Positions 1-9,269 of a stretch of DNA of 64,000 nt are shown here, piece after piece (positions within the stretch are counted from its first letter, which is position 1; each line of letters opens with the position of its first letter). The stretch spans positions 1,981,489-2,045,488 of the forward strand of contig CBDBEC010000002.1 in the NCBI GenBank assembly GCA_965204275.1, written 5' to 3'. The DNA comes from Longimicrobiales bacterium (GTDB lineage: Bacteria > Gemmatimonadota > Gemmatimonadetes > Longimicrobiales > Gaopeijiaceae). Below the pieces are notes generated by a model. The model saw only the letters and a program-made list of their open reading frames with translations, searched no databases and had not been told where the DNA came from. Made by a program: the position numbers and the translations under genes.

Positions 1-629
1 GAACTGTTCACGGCGCGCGGGGATCATGGTCGGCCCCGAGTTCGGCACCGTCTCCCGTCCCGACCTGACGGCCGCGGCCAGAGAGGCGGCTGACTTCCGT
101 TTCGACACCCTCGTCTCCTGCGCCTTCAGCTACGATGCCGGGTGCTCCGACTTCGATAAGCTCGGCCGGATGCGAGTCCTGAAGGCACTGGATGAACGCC
201 GACCTTCACATGGCGACCGATCTCAAGAAGACGGACGCGGGGAATCTCTTCGTGGTCTTCGGCGAGCCCGACATCCGGATCCATGACGCGCCCGACGATC
301 AGATCGAGGTCGAGATCAGAGGCGTCGATGTCTTCGATCCCGCCAAGGGCGAGGTTCGTAGCGACGATGCGGACGGAATCGCCTGCTGGTTCATCGACAC
401 CGACTACGACGAGGAGAGTTTCTTCGTCCGCCACGCGTACTTCCTGGGGGCGAGGGACCCCTACAAGAGCCTGAAGACCTCGCTCAAGGCCGAGATCGAC
501 GAGGAGGCGTGGGCATCGCTGCGCAGGGCGCGATCCCGGCCTTTCGCCAAGCCGCGGACCGGGAGGATCGCGGTCAAGGTCATCAATCATCTCGGGGATG
601 AGGCGATGAACGTGTTCCGGGTCCAGTAA
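1..629 (+). pseudogene. site-specific DNA methyltransferase (Mod-like, N6/N4 family), C-terminal part, split by a frame change near 188-193; 5' end lies outside the window
   Basis: Frame +2 is open from the window start and reads ...DKLGRMRVLKAL. Frame +3 then continues MNADLHMATDLKKT...FFVRHAYFLGARDPYKSLK...GRIAVKVINHLGDEAMNVFRVQ*. I recall this C-terminal block from PF01555-type DNA methylases. The two frames abut, so one extra base or a read error splits the gene. Confidence 0.55.
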
Positions 630-779
630 GTCGTGCTACACGGTCAGTTTTCTGAAACCGGTGGGGATCCGACCCATCTCCCCTTCTTCATTCGGAGGAA
701 TGGGGAGGCATTTCCGCCTTGCCTGAGAAACACAGAGTGTACTGCGCGTAGTATCCCAAGATGATTGGCCCTCTCTTTA

Positions 780-1630
780 GAACCTATCTCAAAAACCCCT
801 TGGGGCTTGTGCACGGTATTGTCGGGGGTTAGTTTTGGTGCATGCTGAAGCTCACGGACGACCAGTGGAACCGGATCCGGCATCACTTCCCCGAGGAGAA
901 TCGGCCGAAGGGGCAGCGGGGACGCCCGCCGGTGCCGGCGCGGCAGGTCCTGGAAGCCGTGCTTTGGATTCTGAAGACGGGGGCCCAGTGGCACATGCTG
1001 CCGCAGTGCTATCCGAACTACAAGACGGTGCACCGGCGATTCCAGGCGTGGTGCCGCGACGAGGTGCTGGCGGACGTGCTCGAGGATCTGGCGTCCGAAC
1101 TCCGGGAAGTCCGGGTGATCGACGGGTCGGAGGCGTTCATTGACGCGTCGTTCGCCCGCGCCAAGGGCGGAGGGGACGGCGTGGGGCTCACGAAGGCCGG
1201 AAAAGGCGTGAAGATCATGGCGATCGTGGACCGTTGCGGCCTTCCACTGTCCGTCGGGACGCACTCGGCCCAGCGGCACGAGGCCAGGCTCGTCCAGCTG
1301 AGCCTCGATCTGGTCTTCGTGGACGACCTCCCGGAGAATCTGGTCGGCGACAAGGCGTATGACAGCGATCCGCTGGACGGGGATCTCAGGAAGCAGGGAG
1401 TCGAGATGATCGCGCCCCACCGGAAGAACCGGACGCGGGCGAAGACGCAGGACGGACGCCGCCTGCGCAGGTACAAGCGGCGGTGGATCGTGGAGCGGTT
1501 CTTCGCCTGGATCCAGTGGAACCGCCGCGTCCTCATCCGGTGGGAGTATCACGCCGAGAACTTCCTCGGGTTCGTCCAGCTGGCCGCGCTATGCCTCCTG
1601 CTCAAGCCGCTTTATTATTGAGATAGGTTC
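780..1630 (+). mobile_element. IS5-family insertion sequence, copy 1 (851 bp), flanked by TA
   Basis: Terminal inverted repeats GAACCTATCTC...GAGATAGGTTC. TA on both sides (778-779, 1631-1632). Single DDE transposase ORF. Appears identical to the copy at 13476-14326. Confidence 0.9.
842..1621 (+). CDS. IS5-family DDE transposase (259 aa, IS427/IS1031-like subgroup)
   Basis: The N-terminal LTDDQWNRIRHHFP...GRPPVPARQVLEAVLWILKTGAQWHMLP block (DUF4096-like) and the C-terminal ...YKRRWIVERFFAWIQWNRRV... block are typical of IS5-family transposases. Confidence 0.9.
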   Translation: MLKLTDDQWNRIRHHFPEENRPKGQRGRPPVPARQVLEAVLWILKTGAQWHMLPQCYPNYKTVHRRFQAWCRDEVLADVLEDLASELREVRVIDGSEAFIDASFARAKGGGDGVGLTKAGKGVKIMAIVDRCGLPLSVGTHSAQRHEARLVQLSLDLVFVDDLPENLVGDKAYDSDPLDGDLRKQGVEMIAPHRKNRTRAKTQDGRRLRRYKRRWIVERFFAWIQWNRRVLIRWEYHAENFLGFVQLAALCLLLKPLYY

Positions 1631-2022
1631 TACAGACCACATACCTACATGGTCGCCGACCGCCATTCGTATGGGGATTATGCCAGACGGGTTACTTATT
1701 GCCCCATTGAATTTGTGGAGAATACGATGCTCATCGGATTTGACCGGAACAGTGATATCGATATCGTGTATGCTACGACGGCCTGCGCGGTTCGGCGGCG
1801 ATATGTGGATATCTGTTATTTCGACGGTGATTCTAACCACGTTCCCGTCGTTCACTCTCGGATGGTAGAGTTCAATCATTCTGGTTCTCATTCAATCCTC
1901 TCTCGCTATAGCTATATCGTGTTCGTTCTGGCACCCGGACGGTGCGGCTTATCATACCGGAAGTCGACCGATGGTCAAGGCAGGCGACCGGGTGCTGCGT
2001 GTCCGCCACAGCTACCGAAGAC

Positions 2023-2451
2023 TCACCGACGGGAGGGGGTCTGGACCTGGTCCGCAAACTGTTTGACCGCGAGTGACTGGCGGGCTGGATCGACAACCGG
2101 ACGAGAGGGAGAAGAGCTTCTTCCGCTCGTCGCTGATGGTCGAGACGTGGGCCGTGCTCCTGCTCTACGGAAGCGTGCGTGACTGAGGTCGGTCACAAGC
2201 GGTCCTGCATGATTCCCGATAGGGAGGGACGACGTTGGGTTCAGACTCGAGTCACCGCTACACCACAGGCCGAAGATACCGCAGAGGAGGCCAGGGAAGC
2301 GATTATCTGGAGAGACCTCGATTCGGTCAACCCGCTCCATCCTGACCCAGTCCACCTGCGTACCCTCATGATCTTGAACCAACAGCCAGTTCGTAAAACT
2401 ACGCAAGACATAGGCTTTTTTTGCAACTGATCCAGAGTCCCCTGCCTGCAA
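2023..2451 (-). CDS. hypothetical protein (weak call)
   Basis: ORF 77 bp downstream of the TPR-ATPase stop on the same strand, in a lower-GC stretch. The N-terminal half looks protein-like (KKAYVLRSFTNWLLVQDHEGTQVDWVRMERVDRIEV). The C-terminal half is Arg/Ser/Pro-rich and may be out of frame. Confidence 0.2.
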   Translation of the reverse strand: MQAGDSGSVAKKAYVLRSFTNWLLVQDHEGTQVDWVRMERVDRIEVSPDNRFPGLLCGIFGLWCSGDSSLNPTSSLPIGNHAGPLVTDLSHARFRRAGARPTSRPSATSGRSSSPSRPVVDPARQSLAVKQFADQVQTPSRR

Positions 2452-2527
2452 CCGGACATAGGCTACACTTGTTTACGGGTTTCGTGAGTCACCTACTCGG
2501 TCATCTTCCGGGCATGGTGAGGGCGGG

Positions 2528-5038
2528 TCAGGCGCTTCGAGTGCCTGCCTGCATCTGCCCCATCCCAGCCTGCGCCCGCATCTCCGCGAGTTCCAGTTGC
2601 AGATCGTGTGCAACGTCTCGGATCTCCTTCGCGACCCTGGGCTCGTCACCCATTTCCAAGTCGAGGGCGGTGGTCAATGCCAGGAGACGATCTGCCGACG
2701 GCGATTCCCGGATGAGCAGTGCCATCTGCTCGATGCCGAGTCCAATACTAGCTACCATCAAGCACTGGATCGTTCTCGCCGGTATTGTGGCGATCCGCGG
2801 AAGGATTCCGAGAACGACTCGGGTCTCCTCGACAAGCGCGGCATCGTTTTCGGCCTTGGTGAGTGCAAGCATCCGAATCTCATGTGTCGCCAAGCGCAAT
2901 GAGAGAAGGGCGCCTGAATCGTAATCGGCCACCTCGTCAGCCAAGGCTCGTTGCTCGTGCACATCCAGTCGACCCAATAGCTCGCGGCCAACCGCGAGAA
3001 CCTCGGCAACGTGACCCTGCTCGCCTAGGATCACAATCTTGATGGCCATTCCCCGAGCCGCAGTCTGCAACAACTCGGTCGATGCGCGCTTTCCGAAGCG
3101 ATCCCAGAGCGTCCCACACACCTGCAACGCCTCGTCCCATCTCTGCGATTGAAACAGTGTTGCTGCCTGGTTGAATAACCCGTTCGCAACCCGGACGAGC
3201 ACGGTCTCCGACATGTGGGAACTGAATCGACGGAAGAGATCGTCATACCCCGCCAGCGCTTCATCCGTCCGACCTAGTTGGGTCAGCATCGTGGCGCGAT
3301 CGAACATGGCGATCGCCACCGATTCCGCGACCGTATCGGTGCGACAGTCGCCGAACTCGGTGATCAACTCGTCGCACACCGCGATGGCATCCGGCATCCG
3401 TCCGGCACCCTTCAGACATTGCGACTTGCCGACCAGAGCGATCGGCAGAGCATCGCGGATCTCCGGGGAATCAATCGAAGTGAAGATCCCAATGGCTTTA
3501 TCGTAGGCGATGATCGCCTCGTTGCCTCTATCGAGATCCATGAGGACTGTTCCCGTAATAAGCCAGGCCTTGGCTACGGTATCCCGAACGGTGGGCGTCT
3601 CCTGGCCGTCGAACTCCTGCAGAAGACCGTCCAGGTCATTGAGCTCTCCGGCGAGATCACCGTCTTCGTGTTTCGCACGAGCTTGTTCCAACAGGAGGGA
3701 CGCCCGCTCCGTCACCGTTCGCACATGGTCGGGCAGATGAGCTGGGTGTCTCCAATAGAGGTGCCAAGCCACCTCCGGGAGGGCGCTAAGTTGCTCGAAC
3801 GCCGATTGGTAGAACAGGCGCGTGTGGGAATCCACACTATCCAACACCGCCACCATCTCATCCACGACTCCCTGGAGCTCCGACCGCGAATAGTACGCAT
3901 CCATGAACTGCACCAGCGCCGCGACGAGGCTGTCTCGGCCGCGGCTCCGGCGAAGCAGATGGTAGATGTTGTAGAGCCGCTCGCTGACGTAGTACTCCCT
4001 CCTGCGGTGAGTTCCTCCCGCAGGCGACACCACGCCCCGGCTCATAAGGCGCCTGAGCTGCGCGCTGCACTTGCTGGTCTCCAACCGCGCGCAATCGGCG
4101 ACCTCCCGGGCCGTCGCGGGCTTCCACAATTCTGCAAGGGCCAGGTAGACCCGGCGCTCCTGGGCAGCCAGGGACTCCAGATGACCCTTGAAGTAGGCCG
4201 TGTGCTCGTCCACGAGATCGAGCAGATCGGCCAGCAAGGTCCGAAACGACCTGGCCGCCGCGAACCGGACCAGAATCGCGAGCAGCCTGGGACTGCCGCC
4301 GGTGAGGATCTGAAGCCGGCGGACCACGCCGGGATCCACGGTCCTTCCGGACACGTTCTCGCAGAGCACCGCGCTCTCCTTCCGATCGAGCGGTCGCAGC
4401 TGCAGTACGCGGAAGAGGTCGTAGAGGGCACGGTCCGGCCTGTCGATTTCTCCGAATCTGCTGGTGGCGCTCCCGATCATCATGATTCGCGGCTCGGTCT
4501 GGAGCGTCTTTCGCAAGCACCAGCCCGCATCGCGATCCATCATCTCGGAGAACAGCATGTTGAGGTTCTCCACATGGAGCACCAAGCGCTTGTCCTCCCG
4601 TTCCGCGAAGTCCAGCAGTGCGCCGAGGCAGCGTTCGCGGAGCATCCGGTCGTCCCGCTCCCTTCGCACGTCTTTGACGGTACGCCGGAGGTCCGGTTCT
4701 CCGGGGCGGGAGGATACCTGTTGCGACAGGCGGGAGAGGCATTCCAGCCAGAACTCGCCGCAGGTGCCGACCGAGTAGCTCTCCTCCGCGAAGACGATCG
4801 GATACAGCCGGGACGAGAGTGGCGGATCCGACCGGACTTCCAATGCGAGCCGCAGCAGCAGTGTCGTTTTTCCGCTGCCCCGCGGCCCGATGACAATGGC
4901 GTGCTGGTTCGACTCGCCGGTGTTCTCGCGAAGGGTCTCGAGGAGCGACTCTAACTCTCCTACTCTCACGCAGAACATCTGCCGGAGCTCGTCGTCCGTC
5001 AGGAATCCCGGATTGTAGCTCTTGGCGGCGGTCGCCAT
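2528..5038 (-). CDS. STAND-like P-loop NTPase with wHTH and C-terminal TPR-like repeats (836 aa)
   Basis: Walker A GPRGSGKTT near aa 52-60. wHTH-like RVYLALAELWKPATAREVADCARLETSKCSAQLRRLMSRGVV. The C-terminal half has recurring (E/D)A(I/L)xxxDxLxxxF helical repeats (EAIIAYDKAIGIF, DAIAVCDELITEF, EALAGYDDLFRRF, EALQVCGTLWDRF). Confidence 0.8.
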   Translation of the reverse strand: MATAAKSYNPGFLTDDELRQMFCVRVGELESLLETLRENTGESNQHAIVIGPRGSGKTTLLLRLALEVRSDPPLSSRLYPIVFAEESYSVGTCGEFWLECLSRLSQQVSSRPGEPDLRRTVKDVRRERDDRMLRERCLGALLDFAEREDKRLVLHVENLNMLFSEMMDRDAGWCLRKTLQTEPRIMMIGSATSRFGEIDRPDRALYDLFRVLQLRPLDRKESAVLCENVSGRTVDPGVVRRLQILTGGSPRLLAILVRFAAARSFRTLLADLLDLVDEHTAYFKGHLESLAAQERRVYLALAELWKPATAREVADCARLETSKCSAQLRRLMSRGVVSPAGGTHRRREYYVSERLYNIYHLLRRSRGRDSLVAALVQFMDAYYSRSELQGVVDEMVAVLDSVDSHTRLFYQSAFEQLSALPEVAWHLYWRHPAHLPDHVRTVTERASLLLEQARAKHEDGDLAGELNDLDGLLQEFDGQETPTVRDTVAKAWLITGTVLMDLDRGNEAIIAYDKAIGIFTSIDSPEIRDALPIALVGKSQCLKGAGRMPDAIAVCDELITEFGDCRTDTVAESVAIAMFDRATMLTQLGRTDEALAGYDDLFRRFSSHMSETVLVRVANGLFNQAATLFQSQRWDEALQVCGTLWDRFGKRASTELLQTAARGMAIKIVILGEQGHVAEVLAVGRELLGRLDVHEQRALADEVADYDSGALLSLRLATHEIRMLALTKAENDAALVEETRVVLGILPRIATIPARTIQCLMVASIGLGIEQMALLIRESPSADRLLALTTALDLEMGDEPRVAKEIRDVAHDLQLELAEMRAQAGMGQMQAGTRSA

Positions 5039-5053
5039 GGTTCGCCTCCCTTC

Positions 5054-6472
5054 CTATGCCTGCCGCTCGCTGAACGGCACGAAGCCCCGACTGTTGCGTT
5101 TGCACCACCAGTCCTCCACCAGCCCCGACACGAAGCGGTAGCCGTCGTCGCCGCGCGTCAGGTATCCGTCGTGCTCCAGGACATTCAGCACCCCCTTGAT
5201 TGGCACGGAGGAATCATCGGATAGGACCGACCTGTACGCCTCGTACAGCCGAAGCGCGCGGTCCGTAAGCCAGCCATCGCTGACGGCCGCTTCCGTCAGC
5301 AGTTCCAAGGCGACTTCGTAGCCTGCGTCGCCGAGCACCATCCGAAGCCGGGTCTGGTAGTGTTCGAGGTGGACCTGCCCCCGGACGCCGAGCATGTCCT
5401 GGGAATACACGCGGTCCACGTCATCCGCCGTCGCTTCCTGCCGCCGCTTCCGTCGCAGGTGCTCGTGGAGCTTGTCGAAGAAGAGCTGGACATGGTGCGG
5501 CACCCCACATCGGAGACGCCGGAACATCCGGCGGCGAAGCCCACTCGGAATCCGAATGTGGTAGGAGCCGGCCAGCTCACCAAGGCACATGACTGCGGCC
5601 TCCTCACCCCACGGCTTCAGATCGAAGGGCGGGAAGACATTGGCGTGGGCGCTAAGTCCGGCCTGCTCCAGGATCGGTTCCAGACCCACGCTGCCGGACA
5701 CGATGAGTCGGATGCGACCTCGGTGCGCCTGCGCGTTCTTGCGGAGCCAGCTCATGAATTCATCGGTTTCCCGTCTGTGCTCCGGCGTGATCCTGTAGTC
5801 GCTGTGATCGTGGCCCTTGAGGAGCCGGTTCACCAGGATCGGAAGCTCGTCAATCGCCATCACCACCGGCTTGTCGCACCTGGCGAGGGACGCGAACAGC
5901 GCGTCGCCCTGGATTTGCCACCTTCCCGCGTCGATTCCGGCCCGCAGCTTGACCTTGAGTTCGCTCACGCTCAGGTGGTGGATTCGATCCCCGGCCGCCT
6001 TCGAAGTCCTCGCGACCCAGTTGCCGACGCGAGTCCACATGCTCCCGGTCTTCTTGGACGCGGCCGCAATCTCCACCAACGCGTCCGCCGCACTGGAGGC
6101 GTCCTCCAGATCGACGAACACGGTCTCGTAGTCGCCCCTCTCCTCGAGACGGCGCAGCAGTTCGCGCACCAAGCTGGTCTTGCCCATGCGGCGCTGCGCG
6201 GTGATCAACGTGTGGCTGCCGTCTTCGACCCGCTCGGTGAGCGCCTCGATCTCGATATCGCGGTCGAAGAAGCGCTCACCATCGACCCAGTTTCCTCCGG
6301 CTTTTCGTAGTGGCACCTCGTCTTCTCCCATCAAGTTGGTTGGCAACGGTTTTGTTGGCAACAGAAATGTTGGGAGATGATGTCCGAAAGTCAAGTCCAG
6401 CGCACGGGAGGATGATGGTATCGCCTCAGGTGGCTCCACTCCCGGATCACAAAACGGCATGCTCGAAGCCAT
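5054..6472 (-). CDS. ATP-binding protein, archaeal-type ATPase (PF01637-like) with C-terminal wHTH-like domain
   Basis: Walker A AQRRMGKTSL and Walker B VVMAIDELP. 15-bp gap to the downstream ATPase gene. Start uncertain: ATG at 6472, or ATG at 6331 (MGEDEVPL...). Confidence 0.8.
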   Translation of the reverse strand: MASSMPFCDPGVEPPEAIPSSSRALDLTFGHHLPTFLLPTKPLPTNLMGEDEVPLRKAGGNWVDGERFFDRDIEIEALTERVEDGSHTLITAQRRMGKTSLVRELLRRLEERGDYETVFVDLEDASSAADALVEIAAASKKTGSMWTRVGNWVARTSKAAGDRIHHLSVSELKVKLRAGIDAGRWQIQGDALFASLARCDKPVVMAIDELPILVNRLLKGHDHSDYRITPEHRRETDEFMSWLRKNAQAHRGRIRLIVSGSVGLEPILEQAGLSAHANVFPPFDLKPWGEEAAVMCLGELAGSYHIRIPSGLRRRMFRRLRCGVPHHVQLFFDKLHEHLRRKRRQEATADDVDRVYSQDMLGVRGQVHLEHYQTRLRMVLGDAGYEVALELLTEAAVSDGWLTDRALRLYEAYRSVLSDDSSVPIKGVLNVLEHDGYLTRGDDGYRFVSGLVEDWWCKRNSRGFVPFSERQA

Positions 6473-6590
6473 GAACTCACTCGGCTAGGCCGCCAAGGTC
6501 CGTACCTGCGGCTACCGAACCACCGGATCGGCGGCCCCCGCATGTCGAAGGTGGACGTTGTGTCAGTCCGCTTCGCAGCGGCCTTCTGAC

Positions 6591-6621
6591 AACCACAGTT
6601 TACATAATGTAAACCACAGTT
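6591..6621. promoter_or_regulatory. AT-rich palindrome GTTTACAT-A-ATGTAAAC (6598-6614) framed by direct repeats AACCACAGTT (6591-6600, 6612-6621)
   Basis: Read directly in the sequence. Sits in the nrdJ-stop to ATPase-start spacer, upstream of the minus-strand ATPase pair, and stands out against the GC-rich background. Confidence 0.3.
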
Positions 6622-6674
6622 GACATTTCTCGATCCCAAGCGTGGTCGTGAAGGGGGCCGTGGTTCACCCCCCC

Positions 6675-9203
6675 TCACCCACACTCCGAAAACCCACACA
6701 CGTAGCACTTCTTGCACCCCTCCTCGAACACCAGCTGCCCCGCCCCACAATCCGGACACGCCCCCAACGTCTGCGCCGTGTGATCCACCACGTACTCCCC
6801 CCTGCCCTCCGCCACCGCCCCACCCACCCCCACCCCACCCCTCACCGTCACCGGCACCTCGATCGGCAGCACCTCCTGCACCCCCTCCTTCTCGGCCAGG
6901 TAGCGCTCGATCGCCTGCGCGATCGCGTCCGGCGCCGACAGCACCTTCTGCGGCCCCACGCCGACCGCCCGGTCGCACGAGATCCCCCGCAGCTGGTCGC
7001 GCACCGCGGTAATCGGAATCCCCGAACGCAGCGACAGCGAGATCAGCCGCCCGATCGCCTCCGAGTCGGCCATGGCCGCGCCGCCCGCCTTGCCCACCGT
7101 GCAGAACACCTCGAAGGGCTTGCCCCGGTCGTCCTCGTTGATGGTCACGTAGAGGTCGCCGAGCGGACATTCGACCTTCACCGTCCGGCCCTTCAGCATC
7201 GACGGGCGGCGGCGCTTGTGGCGCGCGGCCGCAGCCTCCCGGTCGTGCTCCTTCAGCTCCGCGCGCGCCTTCTCCAGCACGCCCTCCAGGTCGTGCTTCT
7301 CGGCCCGCGCGTCGGCCAGCTGCGCCTTCAGCTCCTCGAGCTCCTCGCCGACGGCGGCCCCCTCCTGCCCCGTCTTCCCCGTCGAGAGCACCTGCATGGG
7401 CCGCGAACCGTCGCGGTACACGGTCACCCCCTTGCATCCCAGCTCGAAGGCCATGTCATAGATCTTGCGCACGTCTTCGCGGGTGGCCTCGTGGGCGAAG
7501 TTGGTGGTCTTGGAGATGGCCGAGTCGACGTGGTCCTGGAAGGCCCCCTGCATGCGCACGTGCCACTCGGGGGTGATGTCGTGGGCGGTGCGGAAGGTGT
7601 CCTGCACCTCCCGGGGGACCTCGTCGAAGTGGATGTGGCCCTCTTCGGCGATGCGCTTCATGAGGTCGTCGGAGTGCCAGCCCTCGGCCTTGGCGCGCGC
7701 GACGAAGTCCTCGTTGACGTCGGGCATCATCACGCCGGCCTGGTTGCGCATGAACGCCACCGCGAAGAGCGGCTCGATGCCGCCGCTGCAGCCGGCGATG
7801 ATCGAGATGGTGCCGGTGGGGGCGACGGTGGTGAGGTTGCAGTTGCGCAGGCGGCGGTGGTCGCGGACGCGGTCGCCGGAGGCGTCGCGGGCGCACTCGT
7901 CGTCGGGGCCCCAGATGGACTCCTCCCACGCGGGGAAGACGCCACGCGACTCGGCCAGCTTCTCCGACGCGACCCTCGTCTCCTCCTCGATGAAGGCCAT
8001 GACGGTGCGGCCGAGCGCCACGCCCTCGTCCGAGTCGTAGCGCACGCCCAGGCGCACCAGCAGGTCGGCCCAGCCCATGATGCCCAGCCCCACGCGGCGG
8101 ATCTTCTTGGCCAGGTCGTCGATCTCGCCCAGCGGGTAGCGGTTGGCGTCGATCACGTTGTCGAGGAAGTGCGTGGACAGGTGCACGACGCGGCGGAACT
8201 CGTCCCAGTCGATGCCGTCCTCGGGGCGCTCGAAGCGGCCCTTGCGGGCGAAGGCGCCCACGTTGATGCTGCCCAGGTTGCACACGTCGTACGCCAGCAG
8301 CGGCTGCTCGCCGCACGGGTTGGTGGCCTCGTAGGAGCCCAGCCGCGGGACGGGGTTGTGCTCGTTGGCGCGGTCGATGAAGAACACGCCGGGCTCGCCG
8401 GTCCTCCACGCCCCCTCGACGATCATGTCGAAGATCTCGCGCGCCTTCTCGCGGCCCACGACACCGTCGCCGCGCGGACTGACCAGGTCGTACTCGCCGT
8501 CTTCGCGCACCGCTCGCATGAAGTCGTCGGTGATGGCGACCGAGATGTTGAAGTTGGTGACCTGGGAGGTGTCGTTCTTGCAGGTGATGAACTCGCGGAT
8601 GTCGGGGTGGTCGACGCGGAGGATGCCCATGTTGGCGCCGCGGCGGGTGCCGCCCTGCTTCACCACCTCGGTCGAGGCGTCGTAGAGGCGCATGAACGAC
8701 ACCGGACCCGACGCCACCCCCATGGTGGACCGCACGGTGTCGCCCTCGGGGCGCAGGCGCGAGAAGGAGAACCCGGTTCCGCCGCCTGACTGGTGCACCA
8801 GCGCCATGGCGCGGAGCGTGTCGTAGATGCCGCTGGCCCCGTTGGAGAGCGCATCCTCGACGGGCAGCACGAAGCACGCCGAGAGCTGGCCCAGCGGCCG
8901 GCCCGCGTTCATGAGGGTCGGGGAGTTGGGCTCGAACAGGCCTGTGGTCATGAGCTCGTAGAAGCTCCGCGCGACCTCCTCGACCGCGGCGTCCGAGGCG
9001 CCGTGGTTCCTGTCCTCCTCCGCGATCACCCTCGCGATGCGCCAGAACATGGTCTCCGGATCCTCGGTGGGCTCGCCGGCCTCGTCCTTCTTCAGGTAGC
9101 GCCTGGCGAGCACGATGCGGGCGTTCTCCGAGAGCGTGGCGGGGGGCAGGTCGGGCGGGACGCGGTCGTCGAAGAGACGGGGGTCCGGGGCTGGCGCTTT
9201 CAT
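6675..9203 (-). CDS. nrdJ: adenosylcobalamin-dependent (class II) ribonucleotide reductase
   Basis: Long match to the recalled NrdJ layout (LSENARIVLARRYLKKDE..., NPCGEQPLLAYDVCNLGSIN, C-terminal zinc ribbon CPDCGAGQLVFEEGCKKCYVCG). Start placed at ATG 9203, which has GGAAGGTGAG upstream. The upstream ATG at 9254 lacks an SD. Confidence 0.9.
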   Translation of the reverse strand: MKAPAPDPRLFDDRVPPDLPPATLSENARIVLARRYLKKDEAGEPTEDPETMFWRIARVIAEEDRNHGASDAAVEEVARSFYELMTTGLFEPNSPTLMNAGRPLGQLSACFVLPVEDALSNGASGIYDTLRAMALVHQSGGGTGFSFSRLRPEGDTVRSTMGVASGPVSFMRLYDASTEVVKQGGTRRGANMGILRVDHPDIREFITCKNDTSQVTNFNISVAITDDFMRAVREDGEYDLVSPRGDGVVGREKAREIFDMIVEGAWRTGEPGVFFIDRANEHNPVPRLGSYEATNPCGEQPLLAYDVCNLGSINVGAFARKGRFERPEDGIDWDEFRRVVHLSTHFLDNVIDANRYPLGEIDDLAKKIRRVGLGIMGWADLLVRLGVRYDSDEGVALGRTVMAFIEEETRVASEKLAESRGVFPAWEESIWGPDDECARDASGDRVRDHRRLRNCNLTTVAPTGTISIIAGCSGGIEPLFAVAFMRNQAGVMMPDVNEDFVARAKAEGWHSDDLMKRIAEEGHIHFDEVPREVQDTFRTAHDITPEWHVRMQGAFQDHVDSAISKTTNFAHEATREDVRKIYDMAFELGCKGVTVYRDGSRPMQVLSTGKTGQEGAAVGEELEELKAQLADARAEKHDLEGVLEKARAELKEHDREAAAARHKRRRPSMLKGRTVKVECPLGDLYVTINEDDRGKPFEVFCTVGKAGGAAMADSEAIGRLISLSLRSGIPITAVRDQLRGISCDRAVGVGPQKVLSAPDAIAQAIERYLAEKEGVQEVLPIEVPVTVRGGVGVGGAVAEGRGEYVVDHTAQTLGACPDCGAGQLVFEEGCKKCYVCGFSECG

Positions 9204-9247
9204 CGGACACTCACCTTCCGGGATTGGTGGAACATACCAGATGTTGG

Positions 9248-9269
9248 GGGGCATGAACTTTAATGCCCC
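9248..9269. promoter_or_regulatory. perfect 7-bp inverted repeat GGGGCAT-N8-ATGCCCC in the nrdJ leader
   Basis: Seen directly, 45-66 nt upstream of the preferred nrdJ start. Function unknown. Confidence 0.25.

Larger units (their letters stand above)
688..1891 (-). pseudogene. hypothetical ~118-codon ORF bisected by IS copy 1 (coding parts 1633-1891 and 688-777)
   Basis: The minus-strand ORF starting at 1891 (MRTRMIELYHPRVNDGNVV...GDHVGMWSV) runs into the IS end. Removing the IS plus one TA keeps the frame open: ...WSV-KRGPIILGYYAQYTLCFSGKAEMPPHSSE, stop at 688-690. Both parts are low-GC. No family recognised. Confidence 0.4.

Noticed and set aside
6391-8789. Long ORFs 6391-7437 (-), 6642-8789 (+) and 7456-9210 (-) overlapping nrdJ
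   Set aside because: They are Arg/Pro/Gly/Ala-rich translations in alternative frames of a confidently identified GC-rich gene. These are typical shadow ORFs.
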